Shown: positions 55,410 through 64,000 of the stretch, piece after piece
How positions within the stretch are numbered: position 1 is the first letter of the stretch
How the letters are laid out: each line of letters starts with the position of its first letter
Source: an uncultured Christensenellaceae bacterium
Lineage (GTDB): Bacteria; Bacillota; Clostridia; Christensenellales; CAG-314
Direction of reading: 5' to 3'
DNA length: 64,000 bases
Assembly: GCA_910587795.1 (NCBI GenBank)
Contig: CAJUNH010000002.1
Coordinates: 135,400-199,399, forward strand
Program-made: the position numbers and the translations under genes
Notes under the pieces: generated by a model
Databases searched by the model: none
The model's input: the letters and a program-made list of their open reading frames with translations, nothing else
What the model was told of the DNA's origin: nothing

Positions 55410-56526
55410 CATAAAAAAAGTGTTTATATTTATTGCGGTTGTAGTTTTAATCGCGCTAATTGCCGGAAGCTTTGTGGGCGAAGATCTTGTAGGCAGGGCG
55501 ATAATAATCGGCTTAGGGATAGATACCTGCGAAGAAGGCGTAAGGGTTACGGCGGAAATCGTCAGTCCCGCCAGCAGCGGCGAACAAATCGGTACGTTCA
55601 GCAAAACAGTATCCGCCGACGGAAAAAGTTTGGCTACCGCAATATCCCGTATTGCAGAGCTTACGGGTAAGGAAGCATCGCTGGGCAGATGTTTAATTGT
55701 AATATTCGGGCAGAATTACTATGAACAGCGGGATTTATCAAACGAAATAGAATTCCTTATCATGAGCGACAGTTTTAAGGAGAGTTCCGTTATATGCTGC
55801 GCCGAAGGCTCGGCGGAGGAAATGTTTAATAAGGGCGCAGCAATGTCGCAAGGGGTGTCGCTGACGTTGTCCTCTATGTTTAAAACGCAAACAAAGCAAA
55901 CCGCAATAGTAACAAATACGCTGCTGCAATATACGTTAAGCCAGCGCAGTTTGCTTAAAACCGGATATATGAATCAAGTTCGGTTTATTCCGTCTAATAA
56001 CGTCAACACTAACGAACCGGATAAAGCGCAGGGATATTTCGATTTGCGTAATATTGCAATATTCGGAGAAAATAAGTATATGTGTATGCTGAGCGATGCC
56101 GAAATACGCGGACTGGCGCTGTTAAACGCCGACGTTATAGGCAGTACTTTTGTGTGTACGGAAGACGACAAACAGCTGACCGTTACAATAAACAGCAAGA
56201 ATATCGGTTTAAGCTTAAATCAGGACGATACCGTAAAATGCAAAATCGAACTTATGGGCAAAGTGGTCCGCACCGACAGCGGCGAAGTGGAAGGTCCGCT
56301 TGTGTCGCAGGATACAAAAGACTTGTCTCCGCAGGTTATAGAAGATATAGTAAAGCAGGCAACAGAGGACGTAAACGCACTGTTGGAAAAACAGCGGGAA
56401 TATAATTTCGACGTTGTAAAACTTCACGAAACTTTCCGCAGAAAAAACGGCGACAGCAAGCAGCTTGACGAGCTTGCCACGGCGGATATTAAAGTTGAAC
56501 TGAACGTCACTTTTAAAGAAAAGTAG
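55402..56526 (+). CDS. Ger(x)C-family spore germination protein
   Basis: Third gene of the operon, overlapping the B subunit by 8 nt. N-terminal anchor then EDLVGRAIIIGLGID, typical of the GerAC family. Confidence 0.8.
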   Translation: MYNIKKVFIFIAVVVLIALIAGSFVGEDLVGRAIIIGLGIDTCEEGVRVTAEIVSPASSGEQIGTFSKTVSADGKSLATAISRIAELTGKEASLGRCLIVIFGQNYYEQRDLSNEIEFLIMSDSFKESSVICCAEGSAEEMFNKGAAMSQGVSLTLSSMFKTQTKQTAIVTNTLLQYTLSQRSLLKTGYMNQVRFIPSNNVNTNEPDKAQGYFDLRNIAIFGENKYMCMLSDAEIRGLALLNADVIGSTFVCTEDDKQLTVTINSKNIGLSLNQDDTVKCKIELMGKVVRTDSGEVEGPLVSQDTKDLSPQVIEDIVKQATEDVNALLEKQREYNFDVVKLHETFRRKNGDSKQLDELATADIKVELNVTFKEK

Positions 56527-56672
56527 TCGTTAGAAAATTTAACGGCGGCGGTGTTTTTTATTAAATTTTTTAGCCGTAACATTGCCTTCGCCGTAAGTTT
56601 TTTAAAGGCTCTGCGGTTAGCAAGAATATATTAAAATATTAAATAGTTGTGTTTTCTCGTTGCCGCACATAA

Positions 56673-56701
56673 TTGACTATATTTTTGCATTGTGCTAAAA
56701 T
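56673..56701 (+). promoter_or_regulatory. sigma-A promoter upstream of the RimK-like gene
   Basis: TTGACT, 17-nt spacer, TAAAAT, with a TGc extended -10. It abuts the terminator hairpin at 56703. Confidence 0.5.
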
Positions 56702-56702
56702 T

Positions 56703-56747
56703 AACTATCATAGCCGTATGTTTTTAGCGGCTGTGATAGTTTTTTTT
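56703..56747 (+). terminator. intrinsic terminator (probably for the ger operon)
   Basis: 14-bp stem aactatcatagccg / cggctgtgatagtt followed by T7. Confidence 0.7.
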
Positions 56748-56806
56748 GCTTTGCAGTAATTGACCGTATTTTGCGGTTGAATTTTTTTGTACGGTACGGT
56801 TAAATT

Positions 56807-57682
56807 ATGAAAGGTTTAATTATAACGAATCCTTACGACTATTCTCTTGCAAACCGCCGCAAGGTCGGCAGAATGGTAAGCGAATTTGAAAATTTAAAGG
56901 TTTCAACCGAGGTTGTTGCAAACGATAAATTTTTGGCGTATTTGGATAAAGGTAAAGCCAAAGCGGACGTCAGGGCAGACTTTGCGCTGTATTTCGACAA
57001 AGATAAATACGTTGCGCAGCTGCTGGAAATGTGCGGAATCAGGGTGTTTAACAGTTCGCAGGCTCTTGCCGTTTGCGACGATAAAATGCAAACGCACATT
57101 GCTCTTGCTAACTGCGGTATACCTATGCCTACAACGCTTGCGGGTACGTTATGTTATAATCCTCGGGGTAAGCTGCAATACTCTTATTTAAAACAAGCGG
57201 CGGATACGTTGGATTTTCCTCTTGTAGTAAAGGAATGTTACGGCAGTTACGGCGAACAGGTTTATCTTGCAAAAACCATGGACGAACTTGTACTAATAAC
57301 GGAACGCATTAAATTCAAGCCTTATATATTTCAGCAGTTTGCCGCCGACAGTGCGGGGAAAGATATGCGCGTTATAGTGATAGGCGGCAAAACGGTGTGC
57401 GGTATGATTAGGCAGTCTGTAAACGGCGATTTCCGTTCCAATACGCAGCTGGGCGGTAAAGCAGCCGCGTGCGACGTTCCTCGGGATATTGCATTGCTGT
57501 GCGAACGCGTTTCCAAAATAATAGGTTTGGATTACTGCGGCGTGGATATATTATTGTCTTCTGCGCCTATGGTATGCGAGGTAAACAGCAACGCTATGTT
57601 TAATGCTATGGAACAGTCGTCGGGCGTAAACGTTGCCCGTAAATACTGCGAACACATAATACGGACAGTCAATAACGCCTAG
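56807..57682 (+). CDS. RimK-family ATP-grasp alpha-L-glutamate ligase
   Basis: FPLVVKECYGSYGEQVYL and DMRVIVIGGKTV..GDFRSNTQLGGKA...GLDYCGVDIL closely parallel RimK motifs. Confidence 0.8.
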   Translation: MKGLIITNPYDYSLANRRKVGRMVSEFENLKVSTEVVANDKFLAYLDKGKAKADVRADFALYFDKDKYVAQLLEMCGIRVFNSSQALAVCDDKMQTHIALANCGIPMPTTLAGTLCYNPRGKLQYSYLKQAADTLDFPLVVKECYGSYGEQVYLAKTMDELVLITERIKFKPYIFQQFAADSAGKDMRVIVIGGKTVCGMIRQSVNGDFRSNTQLGGKAAACDVPRDIALLCERVSKIIGLDYCGVDILLSSAPMVCEVNSNAMFNAMEQSSGVNVARKYCEHIIRTVNNA

Positions 57683-57750
57683 ACGGTTTTACGGCTTATC
57701 AGTCAAAATTTAATACAAAAGACGGACATCGGGGATACAGGGAGAGATAT

Positions 57751-58995
57751 ATGAATTTACATCAATTTTTAAACACAAGTTATACGGCGTTTCATTCTGC
57801 GGCGAATTTGCGTACAATATACGAAGAAAGCGGCTTTGTCCGTCTTACATTGGGCGAACAGTGGAACTTAAAGCGCGGAGGCAAATATTACGTTACCCGC
57901 AACGACAGCTCTGTTATCGCTTTTAAAGTAGGGAAAAAAAACGTATTTAATATTGCGGAAAGCCACACGGACAGTCCTTGCTTTAAAATTAAAGGCAGTA
58001 AACTGATGGTAAACGACGTTGTTCGTTTAAATACGGAAAAATACGGCGGCGGGTTGCTTTATACGTATTTCGACCGTCCTTTAAAAGTGGCGGGACGTTT
58101 GGTTACGGAAACGGCAAACGGCGTACAAAGCAGTTTGGCGGTAAGCGGCTACAATGTGGTAATCCCCAGCTTGGCAATACACCAAAACCGCGCCGTAAAC
58201 GACGGTTTTGCGGTAAATCCGCAAGTAGACACTTTGCCGTTGTTTGCCAAGCAGTCTGCCGATTTATATGCAACTCTTACAAAAGATACCGTATTGGACG
58301 CAGACTTGTACGTTGTCCCCGCAACGGAAACGTTTTACGCCGGAGTCAACGGAGAATTTTTGTGTTCGGCGCGTTTGGATAACCTTACAAGCGCATATAC
58401 CTCGGCGCAGGCGTTAATAAACTGCGTTCCGTCGTCTATTGCGGTTGCAGCGTGTTTGGATAACGAGGAAATAGGCAGCGGTACCCGTCAAGGTTCTCCG
58501 TCTTTTATCGAACAGACGCTACAAGCGATTTGTACGGCGCTGAATTTAAGCGGCGAACAGTGTCTTGCCGCACGCGAAAACGGTTTTGTGCTATCGGTGG
58601 ATAACGGTCACGCCCGTCACCCCGCGCATACGGAAAAAGCGGACGGCACGGCGTATGCCGTTATGGGCGGCGGCGTAACTATCAAACATCACGTCAATTA
58701 CGCAACGGACGGGCTTACTTCGGCTATGCTTAAAAAACTGCTTGCCGACAGCGGTATAAAGTATCAGGACTTGTATAACCGCAGCGATATGAGCTGCGGC
58801 ACTACTTTGGGGTTGGCAACGTCCCGACAGCTGGGTATGCGCGTGTGCGATATCGGTATTGCGCAGTTGGCAATGCATTCCGCCTGCGAAACGTGCATGA
58901 CGGAAGACGTTGAGGCAATGCAAAGTTGTTTGTCTGTGTTTTTGTCGGCGGATATCTGCGGTGCGGACGGCGAAGTTACAATTATTAAAAAATAA
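57751..58995 (+). CDS. M18-family (aspartyl) aminopeptidase
   Basis: ESHTDSPCFKIKG, LDNEEIGSG and HSACE motifs. Confidence 0.85.
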   Translation: MNLHQFLNTSYTAFHSAANLRTIYEESGFVRLTLGEQWNLKRGGKYYVTRNDSSVIAFKVGKKNVFNIAESHTDSPCFKIKGSKLMVNDVVRLNTEKYGGGLLYTYFDRPLKVAGRLVTETANGVQSSLAVSGYNVVIPSLAIHQNRAVNDGFAVNPQVDTLPLFAKQSADLYATLTKDTVLDADLYVVPATETFYAGVNGEFLCSARLDNLTSAYTSAQALINCVPSSIAVAACLDNEEIGSGTRQGSPSFIEQTLQAICTALNLSGEQCLAARENGFVLSVDNGHARHPAHTEKADGTAYAVMGGGVTIKHHVNYATDGLTSAMLKKLLADSGIKYQDLYNRSDMSCGTTLGLATSRQLGMRVCDIGIAQLAMHSACETCMTEDVEAMQSCLSVFLSADICGADGEVTIIKK

Positions 58996-59113
58996 AACGT
59001 AATTTTTAATAGCATAATGAGGCAAAAACAGTTTTTATAACGTAAAATATTTTGCAGCGTTAAAAGGTATAAAACAGGTTTGCTTGTTTTAAAGTACGTC
59101 GGGAGGATGATTT

Positions 59114-60778
59114 ATGAACGATTATATGCAGTCTTATGATTTGTGGCTAAAAAAAGCGACTGATAGGGACGTGCAAAAGAGCTTGCGCGCAATGGATAAT
59201 GCAGAAATAAAAAATGCGTTTTCCAAAGACTTGTCTTTCGGTACGGGGGGACTGCGCGGAGTTATGAGCGCAGGCACGGACAGGATGAACGTATACACCG
59301 TTTACCGCGCAACAGAGGGACTTGCGCAGTATATGTTGCGCTACGGCAAGAAATCCTGCGCCGTCACCTACGACTCGCGCCTTAACAGCAAACTGTTCAG
59401 TCAAATAACGGCGGCAACGCTTGCTTCACACGGCATAAAAGTTTACGTCACAAAGGAATGTATGCCTACTCCGTTTTTATCGTTTATTGTCAGGCTTTTA
59501 GGCTGCGATACGGGCGTAAACGTAACGGCAAGCCACAATCCGTCTGCATACAACGGCTATAAAGTATACGACGGCAGCGGCTGTCAGCTTACGGACGAAG
59601 CGGCGGAGGAGCTTACGGGATATATCGGCAAAGTAGATATGTTTGCTTGTCCTCTGCCGAAGTTTACCGACTACGAAGGGAAAAATATCACATACATAGA
59701 CGGCGGCGCGGAGCGTAAATATATAGATAACGTGGCGGCTCAAAGCTTGGGTTCTGCCGACGGACTTACCGCTGTGTATACTCCTCTTAACGGCGCGGGC
59801 TACCGTATCGTGCCCGAAACGCTGAGGCGTATAGGTTTAAAAGATTTGACCGTAGTAAAGGAACAGTCTTTTCCGGACGGAAATTTCGTCACTTGTCCGT
59901 ATCCTAATCCCGAAAAAACCGAAGCGTTGGAATATGCAAAAGTTTTGGCGGAAAAAACGCAAAGCGATATAGTAATAGCCAACGATCCCGACAGCGATCG
60001 ACTGGGAGTAATGGCTCAGGACGGCAATAAGTACGTGCAGCTGTCGGGCAACGAGGTCGGCGTTTTGATGTGCGATTACATTTTGTCGAACCTTGCGTCA
60101 AGCGGAAAAATGCCGCAAAATCCTATTGTTGTTAAAACTATCGTCACAAGTAAAATGGTGGACGACGTGTGCGCGGCGTACGGCGCGGAAGTTAAAAACG
60201 TGCTTACGGGATTTAAATATATCGGCGACGTAATAAACAAGTTGGATCGGGCAAATCAAGCGGACAGATTTGTGTTCGGCTTTGAGGAAAGCTGCGGATA
60301 CTTAAAAGGAACCTATGTGCGCGATAAGGACGGCGTAGTTGCTGCGGCGTTGATAGCGGAATGCGCCGCTTTCAATAAACGCAACGGCAAAACGCTTTGC
60401 GACAGACTAAGAGAACTGTACGCGCAATACGGCGATTATTTGCTTGTAACGGTAAGCTACCGCTTTGAGGGCGCGGACGGCGCGCAGGTTAAGCAGCAGC
60501 TGCTTACCTCCTTGCGAAATAAACCTTTTTCGGATATTGCGGGCAGTAAAGTTACGCATTACTGCGACTATCTCACCTGCGATACGGGTTTGCCTAAATC
60601 TAACGTTATGCAGTTTAATTGCGAAGACGGCAGTCAGCTTATTATACGTCCCAGCGGAACCGAGCCGTTGATTAAATGTTATATGACGGCAAACGGCAGT
60701 CCGCAGAGTAACGAACGGCGTATCGAAGCAATAAAGTCTGTGTTGGAAAATATGTTTTTAAGTAAAAACGGTAATTAA
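59114..60778 (+). CDS. phosphoglucomutase/phosphomannomutase-family phospho-sugar mutase
   Basis: Active-site TASHNPSAYNGYKVY, metal loop DPDSDR, sugar loop GFEESCG. Confidence 0.9.
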   Translation: MNDYMQSYDLWLKKATDRDVQKSLRAMDNAEIKNAFSKDLSFGTGGLRGVMSAGTDRMNVYTVYRATEGLAQYMLRYGKKSCAVTYDSRLNSKLFSQITAATLASHGIKVYVTKECMPTPFLSFIVRLLGCDTGVNVTASHNPSAYNGYKVYDGSGCQLTDEAAEELTGYIGKVDMFACPLPKFTDYEGKNITYIDGGAERKYIDNVAAQSLGSADGLTAVYTPLNGAGYRIVPETLRRIGLKDLTVVKEQSFPDGNFVTCPYPNPEKTEALEYAKVLAEKTQSDIVIANDPDSDRLGVMAQDGNKYVQLSGNEVGVLMCDYILSNLASSGKMPQNPIVVKTIVTSKMVDDVCAAYGAEVKNVLTGFKYIGDVINKLDRANQADRFVFGFEESCGYLKGTYVRDKDGVVAAALIAECAAFNKRNGKTLCDRLRELYAQYGDYLLVTVSYRFEGADGAQVKQQLLTSLRNKPFSDIAGSKVTHYCDYLTCDTGLPKSNVMQFNCEDGSQLIIRPSGTEPLIKCYMTANGSPQSNERRIEAIKSVLENMFLSKNGN

Positions 60779-60895
60779 AAAGAATAAAGTAAAAATGTTG
60801 TGCAATACGCGGTTTAACCGAATTTTATATTGTCGGTATGTCGCTGAAATACCGAACGTATCAAACTTAGCAGAAAAACGCTTTGCGGAGAACAT

Positions 60896-61549
60896 ATGAA
60901 AAAAACTTTTAATACGCTGAATATAGTTACTACGGCAATGCTGTGCGCATTAGGCGTAATAGCTGCTTCTACTCTGCACCATTTGGCGGGGCAGGAAACG
61001 GCTTCGCTGTTTAGCGCAATGCACTTGCCCGTATTTTTAGCGGGTATTCTTTGCGGACCGTGGCTGGGGCTTATCTGCGGCGTATTATCTCCGTTGGTTT
61101 CGTTTATGTCCGGCGGACGTCCCCCTTTTCCAAACGGATTGATTCCTATGATGGCGGAATTGACTGTGTACGGATTTTTATCGGGAATGCTTAGGCGCGT
61201 TTTTCTTAAAAACCCTAAAACAAACAAATTTTCGTCTGTGTTGGCGCTGATTATATCTATGGTTGCGGGGCGCGTGCTGTCGGCGTTTATCAGCGCAATA
61301 TTTTTGGCAGTAAATAACCAAACGTCCTACTTTGTAAATCTGGGCGTAAGTATGCTGGGCAAATTTACCTCTACTTGGGCGGGGATTATCGTACAGCTTG
61401 TGCTTATACCCGCTATATTGTTTGCGTTGCAGCGCAGCGGAGTTTTGCTTAAATATTTGCCCGACAGTTTAGCTGTGCCGAAAGTTATCAAACAAAGCAA
61501 AACGGAAGAACAGTACGGTCAATCGGGTCAAGATCAACCGACCGAATAA
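60896..61549 (+). CDS. ECF-transporter S-component-like membrane protein (substrate unknown)
   Basis: About 6 TM helices. The N-terminal part, with MHLPVFLAGILCGPWLG, resembles ThiW/QueT-type S components. No ECF A/T genes are adjacent. Confidence 0.5.
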   Translation: MKKTFNTLNIVTTAMLCALGVIAASTLHHLAGQETASLFSAMHLPVFLAGILCGPWLGLICGVLSPLVSFMSGGRPPFPNGLIPMMAELTVYGFLSGMLRRVFLKNPKTNKFSSVLALIISMVAGRVLSAFISAIFLAVNNQTSYFVNLGVSMLGKFTSTWAGIIVQLVLIPAILFALQRSGVLLKYLPDSLAVPKVIKQSKTEEQYGQSGQDQPTE

Positions 61550-61585
61550 AACATTATATCAAAAGATAATTAAATAAATGTATAC

Positions 61586-61623
61586 AAAAAAGCATTTCCC
61601 GTCTAAGAGAAAAATGCTTTTTT
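61586..61623. terminator. bidirectional intrinsic terminator
   Basis: Stem aaaaagcattt / aaatgcttttt with a 14-nt loop. Confidence 0.7.
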
Positions 61624-61812
61624 AAATATGTAAATATTGTCGTTACTCTCGATAATATATGCAGTTAATAAGTAAAGTTATTTTGCAGATTTTCTGCTAT
61701 GCAAACGCAAAATTCGTTAAATTTAATAAAGCGTACCTAAAAAGTTAAACGCTTAACGTGGTACGCATTTTTTATGCCGCGTTTGCGGAATGATATAATA
61801 ATACTTGCGGTA

Positions 61813-62625
61813 TTATTTAAGGTCCGCTTTTTTAAAGGTAAAATACCCGCTTACAGCAAATACGGCGGTAAATACGCACATATACAGTATGTTCATCCCT
61901 ACTATCACGCCGTCGATGTTTGCAGGGTTGTATTGCGACATATTTATAAACGGTATCCAGCGTAATGATCCCGTTTGCATAACTTTTCCTTGCATTGTAA
62001 GTACCATTTCCACAATTATCAAAATGCTTTGTACAATGGACGGAACAAAAATGCATATCAGCAAGGGAAACAATATCGTTGCCCATTGTTTGCGCACGCC
62101 AAACAAAAACATACAAACGCAGGTTTGTACAAACATAACGGCAATCAACCCCAGTGCAAAGGAGCATAAGCAAGCGGAAATAATATCGCCTGCGGATAAG
62201 CTGCCAAAACCGAAAATCGTTGCGCCGAACAGTAACGACGTAATAAAAAACATCGAAAGATAAGTTGCCGCAATAATCAGAGCCGTAATAAGATAACTAA
62301 AATACAGCTGAGCGCGGGATTTGTTTGCCAACATAACGTTGCGCATTGTGCCGTCGGCAAATTCGCGGCTGAGTAACACTGCGGACGTAATTAAGGATAA
62401 CAGCATTGCGTCGCTTGCAACGGTTGTCATTTGCTGCAATAACGACGAAGTAACGTCCAATCCCAGCATATCAAGCATGCCGCCGCTTACGTCTCCCGCT
62501 ATTGCGGATACAACTAGAGTAAGCAAAATATCCAATAACGGTATTGCCGCCGATAAGCCGAACATTACCCAAAACAAAACGCTCTTTTTAATACGGTACA
62601 ATTCTACTTTAATTATATTTATCAT
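61813..62625 (-). CDS. ABC-2-type transporter permease
   Basis: About 6 TM helices. The start at MINIIKVELYRIKKS overlaps the ATPase stop (ATGA). The track ORF carries a spurious 56-aa N-terminal extension. Confidence 0.7.
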   Translation of the reverse strand: MINIIKVELYRIKKSVLFWVMFGLSAAIPLLDILLTLVVSAIAGDVSGGMLDMLGLDVTSSLLQQMTTVASDAMLLSLITSAVLLSREFADGTMRNVMLANKSRAQLYFSYLITALIIAATYLSMFFITSLLFGATIFGFGSLSAGDIISACLCSFALGLIAVMFVQTCVCMFLFGVRKQWATILFPLLICIFVPSIVQSILIIVEMVLTMQGKVMQTGSLRWIPFINMSQYNPANIDGVIVGMNILYMCVFTAVFAVSGYFTFKKADLK

Positions 62626-63533
62626 AAATTGCCTCCGTTGCTGTGGGCGCTGCGCACAATTTCCAAGTAGTAGTCTTCTAACGCGTCGCCTGCCTGCGTA
62701 AAGTTCTTTACGGTTACGCCTGCCTGAGCAAGGGTTAACATTACTTGTGTAATCGGCAGCGGCGTGGTTAGCATTATTTGGTTGTTGCCGCAAATTTTTG
62801 CTTCGCCTGCATCTTTTAACGCCTGCAAAGCGGTAACGGTATCTTCCACAAATAAACGTACGCGTACGCCCTGTACGTTTTTAAGTTCGTCCGCAGTAAT
62901 TCTCTTTAAGATTTTGCCCTGATCCATTATATAAAACTCGTTTGCCAGCTTGCCCAGTTCGGACAAAATATGGCTGGATATTACAATGGTCACGCCCATT
63001 TCCGTATTCAGTTTTACAAACAGTTCGCGCATGTCCGCTATGCCTTGCGGATCCAGTCCGTTTGTCGGTTCGTCCAATAACAGCAGCTGCGGTTTGCCTA
63101 CCAAAGTCATTGCTATTGCCAAACGCTGTTTCATACCCAGCGAATAATTTTTTACGGGACGTTTGGAATTCGGGTCCAGTCCTACAAGCGTGATAGTGCG
63201 CGCAAGGTGACTTTTATCTACGCTCAGTCCAAGCAAAATACTTTGCGCGGTAAGGTTATCCATTGCGGACATACCGCCGTATATGGACGGACGTTCGACT
63301 ATTGCCGCCACGTCGCTGTCCGCGCGTTTTTGTCCTGCTAGCAGTTTAAACGAGCCGGACGTAGGAGTTACAAGTCCCGTCAGCATACGTATAAGAGTTG
63401 TTTTGCCCGCGCCGTTTTGTCCCACCAAACCGACTATTGCGCCCCGTTCGATTTGTAAGCTTACGTCGCTTACCGCAACCTTGCCGCCGTATACTTTGGT
63501 AAGATTTTCGGTAGAGATTATTATGTCTGCCAA
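62622..63533 (-). CDS. ABC transporter ATP-binding protein (ABC-2 subfamily)
   Basis: Walker A GQNGAGKTTL, signature YSLGMKQRL, Walker B LLLLDEP. TTG start at 63533, 8 nt after GGAGG. Confidence 0.88.
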   Translation of the reverse strand: MADIIISTENLTKVYGGKVAVSDVSLQIERGAIVGLVGQNGAGKTTLIRMLTGLVTPTSGSFKLLAGQKRADSDVAAIVERPSIYGGMSAMDNLTAQSILLGLSVDKSHLARTITLVGLDPNSKRPVKNYSLGMKQRLAIAMTLVGKPQLLLLDEPTNGLDPQGIADMRELFVKLNTEMGVTIVISSHILSELGKLANEFYIMDQGKILKRITADELKNVQGVRVRLFVEDTVTALQALKDAGEAKICGNNQIMLTTPLPITQVMLTLAQAGVTVKNFTQAGDALEDYYLEIVRSAHSNGGNL

Positions 63534-63919
63534 GATAATTTCCTCCGTTAAAAAATACACGTATAGTATACAACAAATAATTGTATTATGCAACACGCTT
63601 GCGCAGATTCTTATTTTTTTGCAAACGCGGTAAGTAAGATAGTTCGCATAGTCGGCAAGCTTTTTTTCTCGGCAGTAATATCGCATATCCGAGTTTCCGA
63701 AAAAATCGGTTTAGTTGTTCTGCGGACGTCTGTTGTCGGCTTAAAATTTTTACTATCGGGTATTGTTTGCATTATATAAAATAAGTAAGTTATTGCGACA
63801 GGATAATATTTTTTTACGGTTGCATAAGCGTATCCTGACGAAGGACTACGGAGCATTTTGAAACAATCGGGTTGATACGATAAACAAGTTTAATTAAAGA
63901 CTGCTTTTATACTAAAATT

Positions 63920-64000
63920 TTAAAACACCGCTTTCCGCTTTCTTTCGTTTGCTCCCGACAAAGGGCTTTCGCCGTCTTGACCGTTATATAAAACTGTGGT
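63920..64000 (-). CDS. possible 3' end of a gene that continues beyond the right edge
   Basis: The minus-strand frame is open from the window edge and ends ...TTVLYNGQDGESPLSGANERKRKAVF*. It is too short to identify. Confidence 0.2.
   Translation of the reverse strand, partial: TTVLYNGQDGESPLSGANERKRKAVF

Noticed and set aside
60779-60895. Possible TPP or preQ1 riboswitch upstream of the ECF S-component-like gene
   Set aside because: The conserved TPP (CUGAGA...ACCUGAUCUGGAUAAUGCCAGCG-like) and preQ1 core sequences are absent. Only short generic hairpins such as cggtat/ataccg are present.
302-63686. The many 60-160-aa ORFs in the track that lie inside or antisense to the large conserved genes (for example 346..777, 5579..5914, 21752..22177, 24452..24919, 43918..44502, 48612..49094)
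   Set aside because: They overlap strongly supported CDS in other frames, lack RBS, and have Arg/Ser/Cys-rich compositions typical of off-frame translation.
63611-63856. 81-aa minus-strand ORF upstream of the ABC ATPase gene
   Set aside because: It overlaps the probable promoter/leader of the ABC operon and has no RBS or recognisable motif. It may deserve a check as a small regulator, but I cannot support it.

Overview
This looks like the replication-origin neighbourhood of a low-GC, endospore-forming Firmicute (Clostridia-like, with a gerA/B/C operon). Most of the window is housekeeping: mnmE (3' end)-mnmG-rsmG, jag-yidC-yidD-rnpA-rpmH, deoD, gltX, radC, pepV, mscL, dnaA, rubrerythrin, dnaN, a DegV protein, uppP, ychF, rlmH, lepB, gerA/B/C, a RimK-like ligase, an M18 aminopeptidase, phosphoglucomutase, ABC transporters and one tRNA-Pro(CGG). 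I saw no rRNA, CRISPR array, transposase or integrase. The stand-out accessory locus is 35.8-43.6 kb. It starts with a strong promoter and a terminator-containing leader, then a collagen-like (Gly-X-Y) tail-fibre-like protein. Next is a ~1575-aa RHS/YD-repeat polymorphic toxin with no recognisable export signal, a degenerate core-end motif and a glycine-zipper hydrophobic C-terminal domain. Three tandem AT-rich paralogous 2-TM immunity-like genes follow, each preceded by a relic of the toxin 3' end. Other observations: a DnaA-box cluster upstream of dnaN with dnaA uncoupled and a gene-strand switch near 25 kb; two G9-G10 homopolymer tracts in putative promoters; a ~120-bp tandem repeat beside an orphan Phd-type antitoxin; and a dispersed bipartite intergenic motif. 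All functional calls come from reading translated motifs, with no database search. Hand-derived coordinates for small features may be off by 1-2 nt.
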